Positions 43,893 through 52,117 of a DNA stretch of 64,000 bases are shown piece by piece. This DNA is from Thermoleophilia bacterium (lineage in GTDB: Bacteria > Actinomycetota > Thermoleophilia > Gaiellales > JAICJC01), in assembly GCA_025927685.1 (NCBI GenBank), contig JAICKX010000003.1, forward strand, positions 2,905-66,904. Direction: 5' to 3'. The notes under the pieces are model-generated. The model was not told the origin of the DNA. It searched no databases and saw nothing but the letters and a program-made list of their open reading frames with translations. Within the stretch, counting starts at the first letter, position 1. Each line of letters starts with the position of its first letter. The translations under genes and the position numbers were made by a program.

Positions 43893-45070
43893 AGCGCGTT
43901 CCTCTGAAGCAGGCCGCGGGCGATGATCAGCTTCTGGATCTCCGACGTCCCCTCCCCGATCAGGAGCAGCGGCGCGTCCCGGTAGAGCCGCTCGATCTCG
44001 TACTCCTTCGAGTAGCCGTAGCCGCCGTGGATGCGGAGGGCGTCCTCGACGACCTCGTTGCAGATCTCGGTCGCGAACAGCTTCGCCATGCCCGCCTCGA
44101 CGTCCGAGCGCTCGCCGGCGTCCTTCTTGCGCGCGGCCGAGAGCATGAGCAGGCGGGCGGCCTCGATCTTCGTGCCCATCTCGGCGAGCTTGAACTGGAT
44201 CGCCTGGTGCTTGGCGATCGGCCGGCCGAACGCCTCCCGCTCCTGGGCGTAGCGGATGGCGATGTCGAACGCCCGCTGGGCGACTCCGACGCCGCGCGCG
44301 GCCACGTTCACCCGTCCGACCTCGATGCCCGACATCATGTGCCGGAAGCCGTGGCCCTCCTCGCCCCCGAGCAGGTTTCGGGCCGGCACCCGGTGGTCGG
44401 CGAAGACCAGCTCGGTCGTCTCGACGCCCTTGTAGCCGAGCTTCTGGAGCTGGGGCGGGATCGTGAGGCCGCCCTGCTTGTCCACGCCGGGCTCCTTCTC
44501 GATGAGCAGGCAGCTCATCCCGCGGTGGGCGGGGGTTGCGGCCGGGTCGGTCTTGACGAGCGTCGTGACCATGCCCGCGCGCAGGCCGTTCGTCACCCAC
44601 ATCTTCTGCCCGTTCACGACGTAGTCGTCGCCGTCGCGCACCGCGGTCGAGCGGATGGCCTGGACGTCGGAGCCGCACTCGGGCTCCGTCATCGAGAACG
44701 CGCAGCGCAGCTCGCCGGTCGCCATCCGGGGCAGGAACCGCTGCCGCTGCTCGTCGGTGCCGTCGCGCATGAGCATGTCGGCGGCGATGAAATGGGTGTT
44801 GATGATCCCCGACACGCTCATCCACCCGCGCGAGAGCTCGCACACCGCCAGCGCGTAGGTGGTGAGGTCGAGGCCGAGGCCGCCGTACTCCTCCGGGATC
44901 GTGAACCCGAAGATGCCGAGCTCCTTCAGGCCCTCGACGATCTCGTCGGGGAACGCATCCCGGTGCTCGTACTCCGACGCGATCGGGATGATCCGCTCGT
45001 CGACGAACCGGCGGACGAGGTCGACGATCTCGCGCTGGTCGTCGGTCAGCTGGTCGAGCGCGAGCGTCAT
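43889..45070 (-). CDS. Acyl-CoA dehydrogenase
   Basis: FSMTEPECGSD, GQKMWVTNG, and the C-terminal YEIERLYRDAPLLLIGEGTSEIQ. ATGA overlap with the lyase gene. Confidence 0.9.
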   Translation of the reverse strand: MTLALDQLTDDQREIVDLVRRFVDERIIPIASEYEHRDAFPDEIVEGLKELGIFGFTIPEEYGGLGLDLTTYALAVCELSRGWMSVSGIINTHFIAADMLMRDGTDEQRQRFLPRMATGELRCAFSMTEPECGSDVQAIRSTAVRDGDDYVVNGQKMWVTNGLRAGMVTTLVKTDPAATPAHRGMSCLLIEKEPGVDKQGGLTIPPQLQKLGYKGVETTELVFADHRVPARNLLGGEEGHGFRHMMSGIEVGRVNVAARGVGVAQRAFDIAIRYAQEREAFGRPIAKHQAIQFKLAEMGTKIEAARLLMLSAARKKDAGERSDVEAGMAKLFATEICNEVVEDALRIHGGYGYSKEYEIERLYRDAPLLLIGEGTSEIQKLIIARGLLQRNAL

Positions 45071-45987
45071 GCCTGGGCCGCGGCGGTCATGCCCGCCGCC
45101 TCGCCGCGCGCGACGACCGCCTCGGCGATCTTGCGCGACGCCTCGTCGATCATCTGGCCCTCGTGCATCACCGCGCCCTTGCGCTCGACGTGCGTGGCGT
45201 GGTGGTAGGCGTCGAGCAGCCGGCGGGCGTCGTCGAACTGCTCCTGGGTCGGCATGAAGACCTCGTTGGCGACGTCGACCTGGAGCGGGTGCAGCACCCA
45301 CTTGCCGTCGAACCCGACCAGGCGGGCGCGGTGGCACAGGCGGCGGTACTCGTCGACGTTCTTGATGTCCGTATAGGGCCCGTCGATGGCCTGGAGGCCG
45401 AACGCCCGCGCCGTCGTCACGATCTTGGAGATGACGTAGTGCCACTGGTCGCCCGGGTAGCCGGGGTCGATCGAGCCGATGACGAGCTGCGCGACCCCGA
45501 TCGCGGCGGCGTAGTCGCCGGGGCCGAAGATGATGGTCTCGATCCGGTCGGTGGCGGTCGCGATCTCGCGCAGGTTGACCGTCCCCTGGGCGTTCTCGAT
45601 CTGGGCCTCGATCCCGATCCGGTGCCCGATCCCGTGCTGGGTCTCGAGCTGGGTCAGGAGGTGGTCGACGAAGTGCAGCTGGCCGGCGTCCTCGACCTTC
45701 GGGATCATGATGCAGTCGAGGTCCTTGCCCGCGCCGGAGACGACCTCGACGATGTCGCCCAGGCACCATTGGGTCGTGACGCCGTTCACCCGGACGACCC
45801 GGGTCTTGCCGGAGTAGTCGTGGGTGTTGAGCGCCGCGACGACCGTGCTCCGGGAGGCCTCCTTCTCGAGCGGCGAGACCGCGTCCTCGAGGTCCAGGAA
45901 GATCTGGTCGGCGGCGAGCGTCGCCGCCTTGGCCAGCATCTTCTCGGACGAGCCCGGCACGGCCAGGCAGCTGCGTCGCAGCCTCAC
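45067..45987 (-). CDS. L-malyl-CoA/beta-methylmalyl-CoA lyase-type (Mcl-like) member of the HpcH/CitE family
   Basis: IFLDLEDAV, DCIMIPKVEDAGQLHFVD, and the Mcl-type insertion GDQWHYVISKIVTTARAFGLQAIDGPYTDIKN...GKWVLHPLQV...EGQMIDEAS. These align well with the Rhodobacter and Chloroflexus Mcl sequences I remember. Confidence 0.75.
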   Translation of the reverse strand: MRLRRSCLAVPGSSEKMLAKAATLAADQIFLDLEDAVSPLEKEASRSTVVAALNTHDYSGKTRVVRVNGVTTQWCLGDIVEVVSGAGKDLDCIMIPKVEDAGQLHFVDHLLTQLETQHGIGHRIGIEAQIENAQGTVNLREIATATDRIETIIFGPGDYAAAIGVAQLVIGSIDPGYPGDQWHYVISKIVTTARAFGLQAIDGPYTDIKNVDEYRRLCHRARLVGFDGKWVLHPLQVDVANEVFMPTQEQFDDARRLLDAYHHATHVERKGAVMHEGQMIDEASRKIAEAVVARGEAAGMTAAAQA

Positions 45988-46015
45988 GAGCCTCTCCCTT
46001 CGACGGCAGAAGAGT

Positions 46016-46642
46016 CTAGAGCGTGCCGATGCGCCGGATCGGCCAGTACCGGGCCCGTGCGACGCCGATGATGCCGCCGCGCGGCTCGAGCCCCCAGTCG
46101 CGCGAGTCGTCCGAGATCCCGCGGTTGTCGCCCATCAGCAGGTAGAACCCCTTCGGGATCACCGTCCGCTGGAGGGCACGGCCGGCGATCTCCTGGTCGT
46201 TTTGCACGTACGGCTCGTCAAGGCTGAACTTGGGCTTGCCCGCGTCCTGCACCCAGATCTTTCCGTTCTGCGACCACACCGTCTCGCCGGGCAGGCCGAT
46301 GACGCGCTTGATGAACGTGGTGCCGGCCAGCCCCTGGCGCAGCTCGAGATCCGGCGTCGTGCACACGCCCATGCCGTCGGAGTGCGGGGCGGCGCAGTGC
46401 GGCGGGTGGAAGACGACGATCTGGAAGCGGTGCGGGTCGCCGAAGTCGAGCGAGAGCCGGTCGGCCAGGACGCGGTCGCCGGGCAGGAGCGTTGGCACCA
46501 TGCTCGGCGTGGGGACGCGGTAGGGCTTCACCACGAACGCCTGGGCGAGCCAGGCGATCCCGAGAGCGACGGCGAGCGTGATCGCGGTCTCGACAACCGT
46601 GCGGACTCCCTTTGGCATCGACGCGAAAACGCTCATGGGCAC
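46016..46642 (-). CDS. lepB: Signal peptidase I
   Basis: VPTPSMVPTLLPGDRVL (catalytic Ser box), FIKRVIGLPGE (Lys box), GDNRGISDDSRDWG. Confidence 0.85.
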   Translation of the reverse strand: MPMSVFASMPKGVRTVVETAITLAVALGIAWLAQAFVVKPYRVPTPSMVPTLLPGDRVLADRLSLDFGDPHRFQIVVFHPPHCAAPHSDGMGVCTTPDLELRQGLAGTTFIKRVIGLPGETVWSQNGKIWVQDAGKPKFSLDEPYVQNDQEIAGRALQRTVIPKGFYLLMGDNRGISDDSRDWGLEPRGGIIGVARARYWPIRRIGTL

Positions 46643-46746
46643 CGGGAGGTTATCGGCGGCCCGGGGCGCCGTCTGTAGATCGCGGGCCTGTTAACCGTCT
46701 GTTCGGTTCCTCGTCAACCCGCTTCAGCGGGGGTACCCTGGTGCCG

Positions 46747-48435
46747 ATGGCTCTGTCCGTGGGACGCCGCCTCACTCTGCTCTCTGCCGTCGTCGCCGCG
46801 GCGATGGCCACCGCCGTGCCGGCCGCGCAGGCTCGCACCGTCTTCACGCTGACGGGCCACGGGTGGGGGCACGGGATCGGGCTCTCGCAGTACGGCGCGC
46901 TCGGCTACGCCCAGCACGGCTGGTCCTACGACTGGATCCTGGCGCACTACTACACCGGCACGACGGTCTCGGCCCTGCCGAACGCCGTGCAGATGCGGAT
47001 CCAGCTGGCGAGCGGCCGCGGCTCCTACGCCCTCAGCGGGTCGTCCAGGATCACGGTCGTCGACGAGGGCGGCACCAAGTCCAAGACGATCCCGGCCGGC
47101 TCGTACAGGGTGGAGCGGGGGACGACCGGGCGGCTGCGCGTCGTCGACGCCTCGTCGAACGCGCGGGTCGTGAAGCACCTCACCGGCCCGGTCCGGCTGG
47201 GGGCCTCGCAGGCCCTCCGGGTGGACAGCACCGTCGGCATCGGCTGGGCCGGCGACCACTGGCACGGCTACCTGCGCGTCATCCGCTCCGGCTCGTCGCT
47301 CATGCTGGTCGACGTCGTGCCGCTCGAGTACTACCTGCGCGGTGTCGTCCCCAGCGAGATGCCGTCCTCGTGGCTCCCGGCGGCGCTTCGCGCCCAGGCC
47401 GTCGCCGCCCGCTCCTACGCCGTCGCGACCCGGCACCCGACCTCGCTCTTCGACGCGTACGCCGACACCCGCAGCCAGGTCTACGGCCCGATCGAGCACG
47501 AGGCGTCGTCCTCGAACGCGGCCGTCTCGGCCACCGCGCACCAGGTGCTCTGGTACAACGGCGCGGTCGCGGTCGGCTTCTTCTCGTCGTCCTCCGGCGG
47601 CTGGACGGCCTCCGAGCAGGCGGCCTGGGGGAGCTCGAGCGGCGAGCCCTACCTCGTCCCCGTGCGCGACCGCTACGACGGCGCCCAGGGCCTGAACCCC
47701 AACCACACCTGGCCGACGCGGGTCTTCACCGCGCGCGGCCTGGCCCGTGAGCTGGGCGTGAAGGGCAAGGTGCGGTCGGTCGACCTCGTGATCGACGGGC
47801 CGTCCCAGCGGATCACCCACGCCACCTTCCACACCGGCTTCGGCAATCGTGCCTACACCGGCCCCGGCGCCGAGCTCGCGCTGGGCTTGCGCTCGAACTA
47901 CTTCCGCATCGTCGGCGTGACACTGAAGGGCCCTGAGCACACCATCGCCGGCACGCGGTTCGCGCTCACGGGCCGGGTGTGGCCGAAGCCGCACAACCGC
48001 GTCTCGCTGCTCGTCCACGACGGGCCGGGCGCTCCCTGGGCGACGGCGGCCGACAAGCTCTCGCTGGCGAACGACGGCACCTTCTCGCTCACCATCCACC
48101 CCAAACAGAACCGCGTCTACCGGCTCGGGCTCCCCGGCGGGGCCGTCTCGCCGCGACAGACCATCGCCGTGGGCCCGGCGCTCACACTCGTCCGCTCCGG
48201 GAAGAGCTTCCGGGCCACGATCTTCCCGGTCCTCCGGGGCGCGATCCTCACGCTCCAGCGGCACACCTCGGGCGGATGGAAGCCGGTCTCCGACGCGCCG
48301 GTCGGGGCCAAGGGCCACGCCCGGTTCGCCGTCTCGAAGACGGTGGGCCGCTGGCGGGTCGCGTTCCACGGCGACGCCAAGCACGCCGCCAGCCGCTCGC
48401 CGATCCTCGCGTCGCCCCGGATCCGGCACCGGTAG
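46747..48435 (+). CDS. SpoIID/LytB-domain protein (secreted)
   Basis: Signal peptide, then HGWGHGIGLSQYGALGYA and VVPSEMP...AQAVAARSYA SpoIID motifs. Alternative GTG at 46741. Confidence 0.8.
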   Translation: MALSVGRRLTLLSAVVAAAMATAVPAAQARTVFTLTGHGWGHGIGLSQYGALGYAQHGWSYDWILAHYYTGTTVSALPNAVQMRIQLASGRGSYALSGSSRITVVDEGGTKSKTIPAGSYRVERGTTGRLRVVDASSNARVVKHLTGPVRLGASQALRVDSTVGIGWAGDHWHGYLRVIRSGSSLMLVDVVPLEYYLRGVVPSEMPSSWLPAALRAQAVAARSYAVATRHPTSLFDAYADTRSQVYGPIEHEASSSNAAVSATAHQVLWYNGAVAVGFFSSSSGGWTASEQAAWGSSSGEPYLVPVRDRYDGAQGLNPNHTWPTRVFTARGLARELGVKGKVRSVDLVIDGPSQRITHATFHTGFGNRAYTGPGAELALGLRSNYFRIVGVTLKGPEHTIAGTRFALTGRVWPKPHNRVSLLVHDGPGAPWATAADKLSLANDGTFSLTIHPKQNRVYRLGLPGGAVSPRQTIAVGPALTLVRSGKSFRATIFPVLRGAILTLQRHTSGGWKPVSDAPVGAKGHARFAVSKTVGRWRVAFHGDAKHAASRSPILASPRIRHR

Positions 48436-48438
48436 CAT
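48433..48438 (+). promoter_or_regulatory. -10-like TAGCAT, 8 nt upstream of a small-ORF ATG (leaderless geometry)
   Basis: TAGCAT-ctccggcg-ATG. The hexamer overlaps the SpoIID-like stop codon. Confidence 0.3.
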
Positions 48439-48446
48439 CTCCGGCG

Positions 48447-48656
48447 ATGCCCGCGTTCGCCATCCGCCGCGTCGACGGCAAGCTGCGCCTCCGCGCGGTC
48501 GGGTGCTGCAACCCGGCAGACCACCGGCGCGAGTACGAGCGGGCCTACATGGAGCAGGTGCTCGCCGAGGGTGGCCGCGTCGTCGGCCGTGAGGGCGACG
48601 TCGTGAGGCTCGTCGACCGGCGCGGACGGCCCTGCTCGGTCGATCTCGGAATGTGA
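48447..48656 (+). CDS. Hypothetical small protein (69 aa)
   Basis: MPAFAIRRVDGKLRLRAVGCCNPADHRREYERAYMEQVLAEGGRVVGREGDVVRLVDRRGRPCSVDLGM. GC3-rich codon use and leaderless-type promoter geometry. No family recognised. Confidence 0.35.
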   Translation: MPAFAIRRVDGKLRLRAVGCCNPADHRREYERAYMEQVLAEGGRVVGREGDVVRLVDRRGRPCSVDLGM

Positions 48657-48792
48657 CTAGCATTCGCGGCCGTCCGCGGGTAGGCCGCTCGGCGACCCGG
48701 ATTCGACTGTCCATCCCAACCCGCACGGGTCACCACGAGAGGGGCTCGCCACGAGCGACATCCGAGAACGACTCCGGCCGCTGCGCGTCCTC

Positions 48793-49797
48793 GTGACCGC
48801 GGCGGGCTCGCCGGGCGGCGGCCGGCTCGAGAAGTCGCTCCAGCAGAACGGCGAGCGCGAGGGGCGCGTCGTCGGCACCGACATGAGCGCCCGCCGCGGC
48901 GGGCGCGCGATCTGCGACTCGTTCCACGTCGTGCCGCCCGGCTCGTCCGACGAGTTCCCCGGCCACCTGGCGGAGCTCGCCCGGCGGGAGGAGGTGGACG
49001 TCGTGTTCCCGCTCTCCTCGTTCGAGGTTGCAGCCGTCGCGGCGACGGTCGAGAGCTTCGACGTGCCGGTGCTCGTCGCCTCGCCCGAGGCGATCGCCGC
49101 CTGCAACGACAAGGCGAGGACGATGGACCTGTGCGCGCGGCTGGGCGTCCCCATCCCGCGCTCCATCACCGCCACCTCGCCGGAGGAGTTCCGGGCCGCC
49201 GCCCACGAGCTGGGCTATCCGGATGTCGACGTCTGCACCAAGCCGACCGGGCTCAAGGGCTCGCGCGGCTTCCTCGTCATCTCCGCGAGCCCCAACCGTC
49301 GCTGGCACATCCTCGAGGCTCGTCCCGGGCCGATCCCGCTCACGCTCGACGAGGCGCTCGCGGCGCTGGCCGAGGGCGACTTCCCCACGCTCCTCGTCAT
49401 GGACTACCTGAAGGGAGCGGAGCACACCGTCGACGCGCTCTGCCGCGGCGGCCGCTTCATCGTCGGCCACGCGAAGACGCGCGAGGCGGTCCGGGCCGGG
49501 CTCGCGATGTACTTCGAGACCGCCGACGAGCCGGAGCTGGTCGAGCACTCGCGCGCGCTCTGCGTCGAGCTCGGCGTCGACTGGTTCGTGAACGTCCAGT
49601 TCCTCGACGGGCGGCTGCTCGAGGTCAACCCGCGGATCTCGACGATCGTCTACCAGGAGGACTTCAACATGCCCTACCTGGCCGTCAAGCTCGCGCTGGG
49701 CGAGCTCTCCGAGGAGGAGCTCGCGACCCATCAGTCGCGGGTGCGCATGACGCGCCGCGCGATCCGCTACTACGACCAGGTCGAGTACGACGAGTGA
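48793..49797 (+). CDS. ATP-grasp domain protein (carboxylate-amine ligase type)
   Basis: Rossmann-like RVLVTAAGSPGG, then an ATP-grasp core (CNDKARTMDLCARLGVPIP...CTKPTGLKGSRGF...VMDYLKGAEHTVD...VNVQFLDGRLLEVNPR). The true start may be the CTG at 48781, because the conserved N-terminus begins upstream of GTG 48793. Confidence 0.75.
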   Translation: MTAAGSPGGGRLEKSLQQNGEREGRVVGTDMSARRGGRAICDSFHVVPPGSSDEFPGHLAELARREEVDVVFPLSSFEVAAVAATVESFDVPVLVASPEAIAACNDKARTMDLCARLGVPIPRSITATSPEEFRAAAHELGYPDVDVCTKPTGLKGSRGFLVISASPNRRWHILEARPGPIPLTLDEALAALAEGDFPTLLVMDYLKGAEHTVDALCRGGRFIVGHAKTREAVRAGLAMYFETADEPELVEHSRALCVELGVDWFVNVQFLDGRLLEVNPRISTIVYQEDFNMPYLAVKLALGELSEEELATHQSRVRMTRRAIRYYDQVEYDE

Positions 49798-49801
49798 GCC
49801 C

Positions 49802-51082
49802 GTGCGCGCGCTGATCGTCTCCTACTACTTCCCGCCCGCCGGTGGCGGCGGCGTCCAGCGCGTCTTGAAGCTCTGCAAGCACCTGCCGGCGTTCGGGTGG
49901 GACGTCGACGTGCTCGCCCCCGACGACCCCAAGTGGGTGGCCCACGACCCGGGCCTGGTGGCCGAGGTCCCGCCTGCGACGGTCGTCCACCGCGCCCGCT
50001 ACCGCGGCCCGTCCGACGAGCGCCCGGCCGCCGACGTGCTCGCCGGCGCGCGCGGCATGCGGGGCGCCGTCACCCGGGCCGGGATCCACGGGCGCCAGCT
50101 CCTGCTCCCCGACCCGCGCGTCGTCTGGGTGCCGGATGCCGCTCGCGCGGCGGTGCGGATCGTGCGCGAGCGCTCGGCCAGCGTCGTCCTCACCACCTCG
50201 CCGCCGTCCTCGGCCCACATGGTCGGAAGCCTCGTCGCGCGCCGCACCGGCGTTCCCTGGGTGGCCGACCTGCGCGACTCGTGGCTCGCGAACCCGCACC
50301 GCCGCTACGAGGCGCGCAGCGTCCGGGTCAAGCGGGCGCTGCTGGAGGCGATGGCGCGCCGGACGTTCGCGCGCGCGTCGGCGCTCACGGCCGTGACGGA
50401 TACGATCGCCGCGGAGGCACGGGCGCTGGCCCGGCCGGGCACGCCGGCGACGGTGATCTCGAACGGCTGCGACTTCGACGAGTTCGCCGGCCTCGAGCAC
50501 ACGCCGTCCGACCGCCTCCGCATCCTCCACGCCGGCTTCTTCTTCGGGAAGCGCACCCCGCGGCCGTTCCTCGAGGCCCTCAGCGGTCTCTTCGCCGATC
50601 GCCCGGACCTACGGGACGTGGTCGAAGCCCGGTTCGTCGGCGGCTTCCGCACCGCCGACCGCACGTGGGCCGAGTCGCTGGGGCTGGGCGGGTCGCTTCG
50701 CATCGACGGGTTCCTCCCGCACGACCGGGCGCTGGCCGAGATGAAGGCCGCGGACGCCCTCCTGCTCCTCATCCCGCGCTCCGGCGGGCTGGGGACGAGC
50801 GTGCTCTCCGGCAAGCTCTTCGAGTACCTGGCCGCCGAGCGGCCGGTGCTGGCCCTCGTCCCGCCCGAGGGGATCGCTGCCGATCTCCTTCGCTCCACCG
50901 GGTTCGCCCGCATCGCCGACCCTGACGACGTGCCCGGGATCCGCGCCCAGATCGAGGACCTCGCCGGCGCCTGGCGGGCCGGCGAGCTGGACGACCGCCC
51001 GCTCCCGGCCGACCTGCGCGAGCGGCTCGACCGGCGCACGCGCGCGTCCGAGATGGCCGCCGTCCTTCGGAGCGTGGCATGA
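49802..51082 (+). CDS. Glycosyltransferase (GT-B fold, GT4-like)
   Basis: N-terminal RALIVSYYFPPAGGGGVQRVLKL. The C-terminal half has a nucleotide-sugar-binding pattern (SGKLFEYLAAERPVLAL). Confidence 0.7.
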   Translation: MRALIVSYYFPPAGGGGVQRVLKLCKHLPAFGWDVDVLAPDDPKWVAHDPGLVAEVPPATVVHRARYRGPSDERPAADVLAGARGMRGAVTRAGIHGRQLLLPDPRVVWVPDAARAAVRIVRERSASVVLTTSPPSSAHMVGSLVARRTGVPWVADLRDSWLANPHRRYEARSVRVKRALLEAMARRTFARASALTAVTDTIAAEARALARPGTPATVISNGCDFDEFAGLEHTPSDRLRILHAGFFFGKRTPRPFLEALSGLFADRPDLRDVVEARFVGGFRTADRTWAESLGLGGSLRIDGFLPHDRALAEMKAADALLLLIPRSGGLGTSVLSGKLFEYLAAERPVLALVPPEGIAADLLRSTGFARIADPDDVPGIRAQIEDLAGAWRAGELDDRPLPADLRERLDRRTRASEMAAVLRSVA

Positions 51083-52116
51083 GCGAGGCCGGGAAGGTGC
51101 GGGTCGCGCTCGTCGGCTGCGGGTACTGGGGCCCGAAGGTGATCCGGGCCGCGGCGTCGCTCCCCGACGTCGAGGTGGCGGCGCTGGTCGACTTCCGCGA
51201 GGACCTGCGCGCGACGCTCGGCCGCCACTACCCGCTCGCGCGCTCCACGGCGACCCTGGGCGAGGCGCTGGCCGGCGGCCCGCTCGACGCCGTCATCGTC
51301 GCGACCAACCCGGCCACGCATGTCGAGGTCGCGGCCGAGGCGATCGAGGGCGGCTGCCACGTGATGGTCGAGAAGCCGCTCGCGCTGAGCGCCGCCGACT
51401 GCCGGGAGCTGGGCGAGAAGGCTCGGGCGGCGGGGCTCGTCCTGATGGCCGGGCACACCTTCCGGTTCAGCCCGCTCGTAAACCACGTGCGCTCGCTGAT
51501 CGAGACCGGCGAGCTGGGCGAGATCTACTCGATCGACTCCCAGCGCCTCAACCTCGGCCGTGTGCGGAAGGACGTCGACGCGATCTGGAACTTCGCTCCG
51601 CACGACATCTCGATCCTGAACTACTGGCTGGGCGAGCACCCGCGTGCAGTGCACTGCCACGCGTACGACTACCTCCAGCCCGGCATCCCCGACCTGGCCT
51701 TCCTCGTGCTCGAATACGAGACCACCGTCGCCCACGTGCACATCAGCTGGCTGCACCCCAGCAAGGTGCGGCGGATGACCGTCATCGGCAGCGGCAAGAT
51801 GGTTGTGTACGACGACGTCGAGGGCCAGATCGTGGTGCACGACGCCGGCATCGACCGCGAGCACGTCGACCGGAGCTTCCCCGACTTCGAGACGTTCGGC
51901 GAGTTCCGGCTCATCCAGCGCGTGGGCGACATGCACATCCCGCGCGTCCAGGTCGCCGAGCCACTCGCGCTCCAGTGCCGTCACTTCGTCGACTGCATCA
52001 CGAACGGCACGGAGCCCGTCACCGACTTCGAGGACGCCGCGCGGGTCGTCGAGGTGCTCGAAGCGGCGAGCGCCTCGCACGCCAACGGCGGCGCACTGGT
52101 CGCGATCCCGACGTAG
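51079..52116 (+). CDS. Gfo/Idh/MocA-family NAD-dependent oxidoreductase (WbpB-like), copy A
   Basis: VALVGCGYWG Rossmann motif, HVMVEKPLA, HISWLHPSKVRRMTVIG. 4-nt overlap with the upstream glycosyltransferase gene. Confidence 0.8.
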   Translation: MSEAGKVRVALVGCGYWGPKVIRAAASLPDVEVAALVDFREDLRATLGRHYPLARSTATLGEALAGGPLDAVIVATNPATHVEVAAEAIEGGCHVMVEKPLALSAADCRELGEKARAAGLVLMAGHTFRFSPLVNHVRSLIETGELGEIYSIDSQRLNLGRVRKDVDAIWNFAPHDISILNYWLGEHPRAVHCHAYDYLQPGIPDLAFLVLEYETTVAHVHISWLHPSKVRRMTVIGSGKMVVYDDVEGQIVVHDAGIDREHVDRSFPDFETFGEFRLIQRVGDMHIPRVQVAEPLALQCRHFVDCITNGTEPVTDFEDAARVVEVLEAASASHANGGALVAIPT

Positions 52117-52117
52117 C

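Noticed and set aside
46643-46746. Possible cyclic-di-AMP (ydaO-type) riboswitch upstream of the cell-wall genes (SpoIID-like gene here, plus the L,D-transpeptidase leader 28137..28207 and the amidase leader 6709..6776).
   Set aside because: The leaders are only about 70-100 nt, and I saw no paired ACGGGG/CCGA-type pseudo-symmetric cores. The resemblance (gcgggggtaccc) is too slight.
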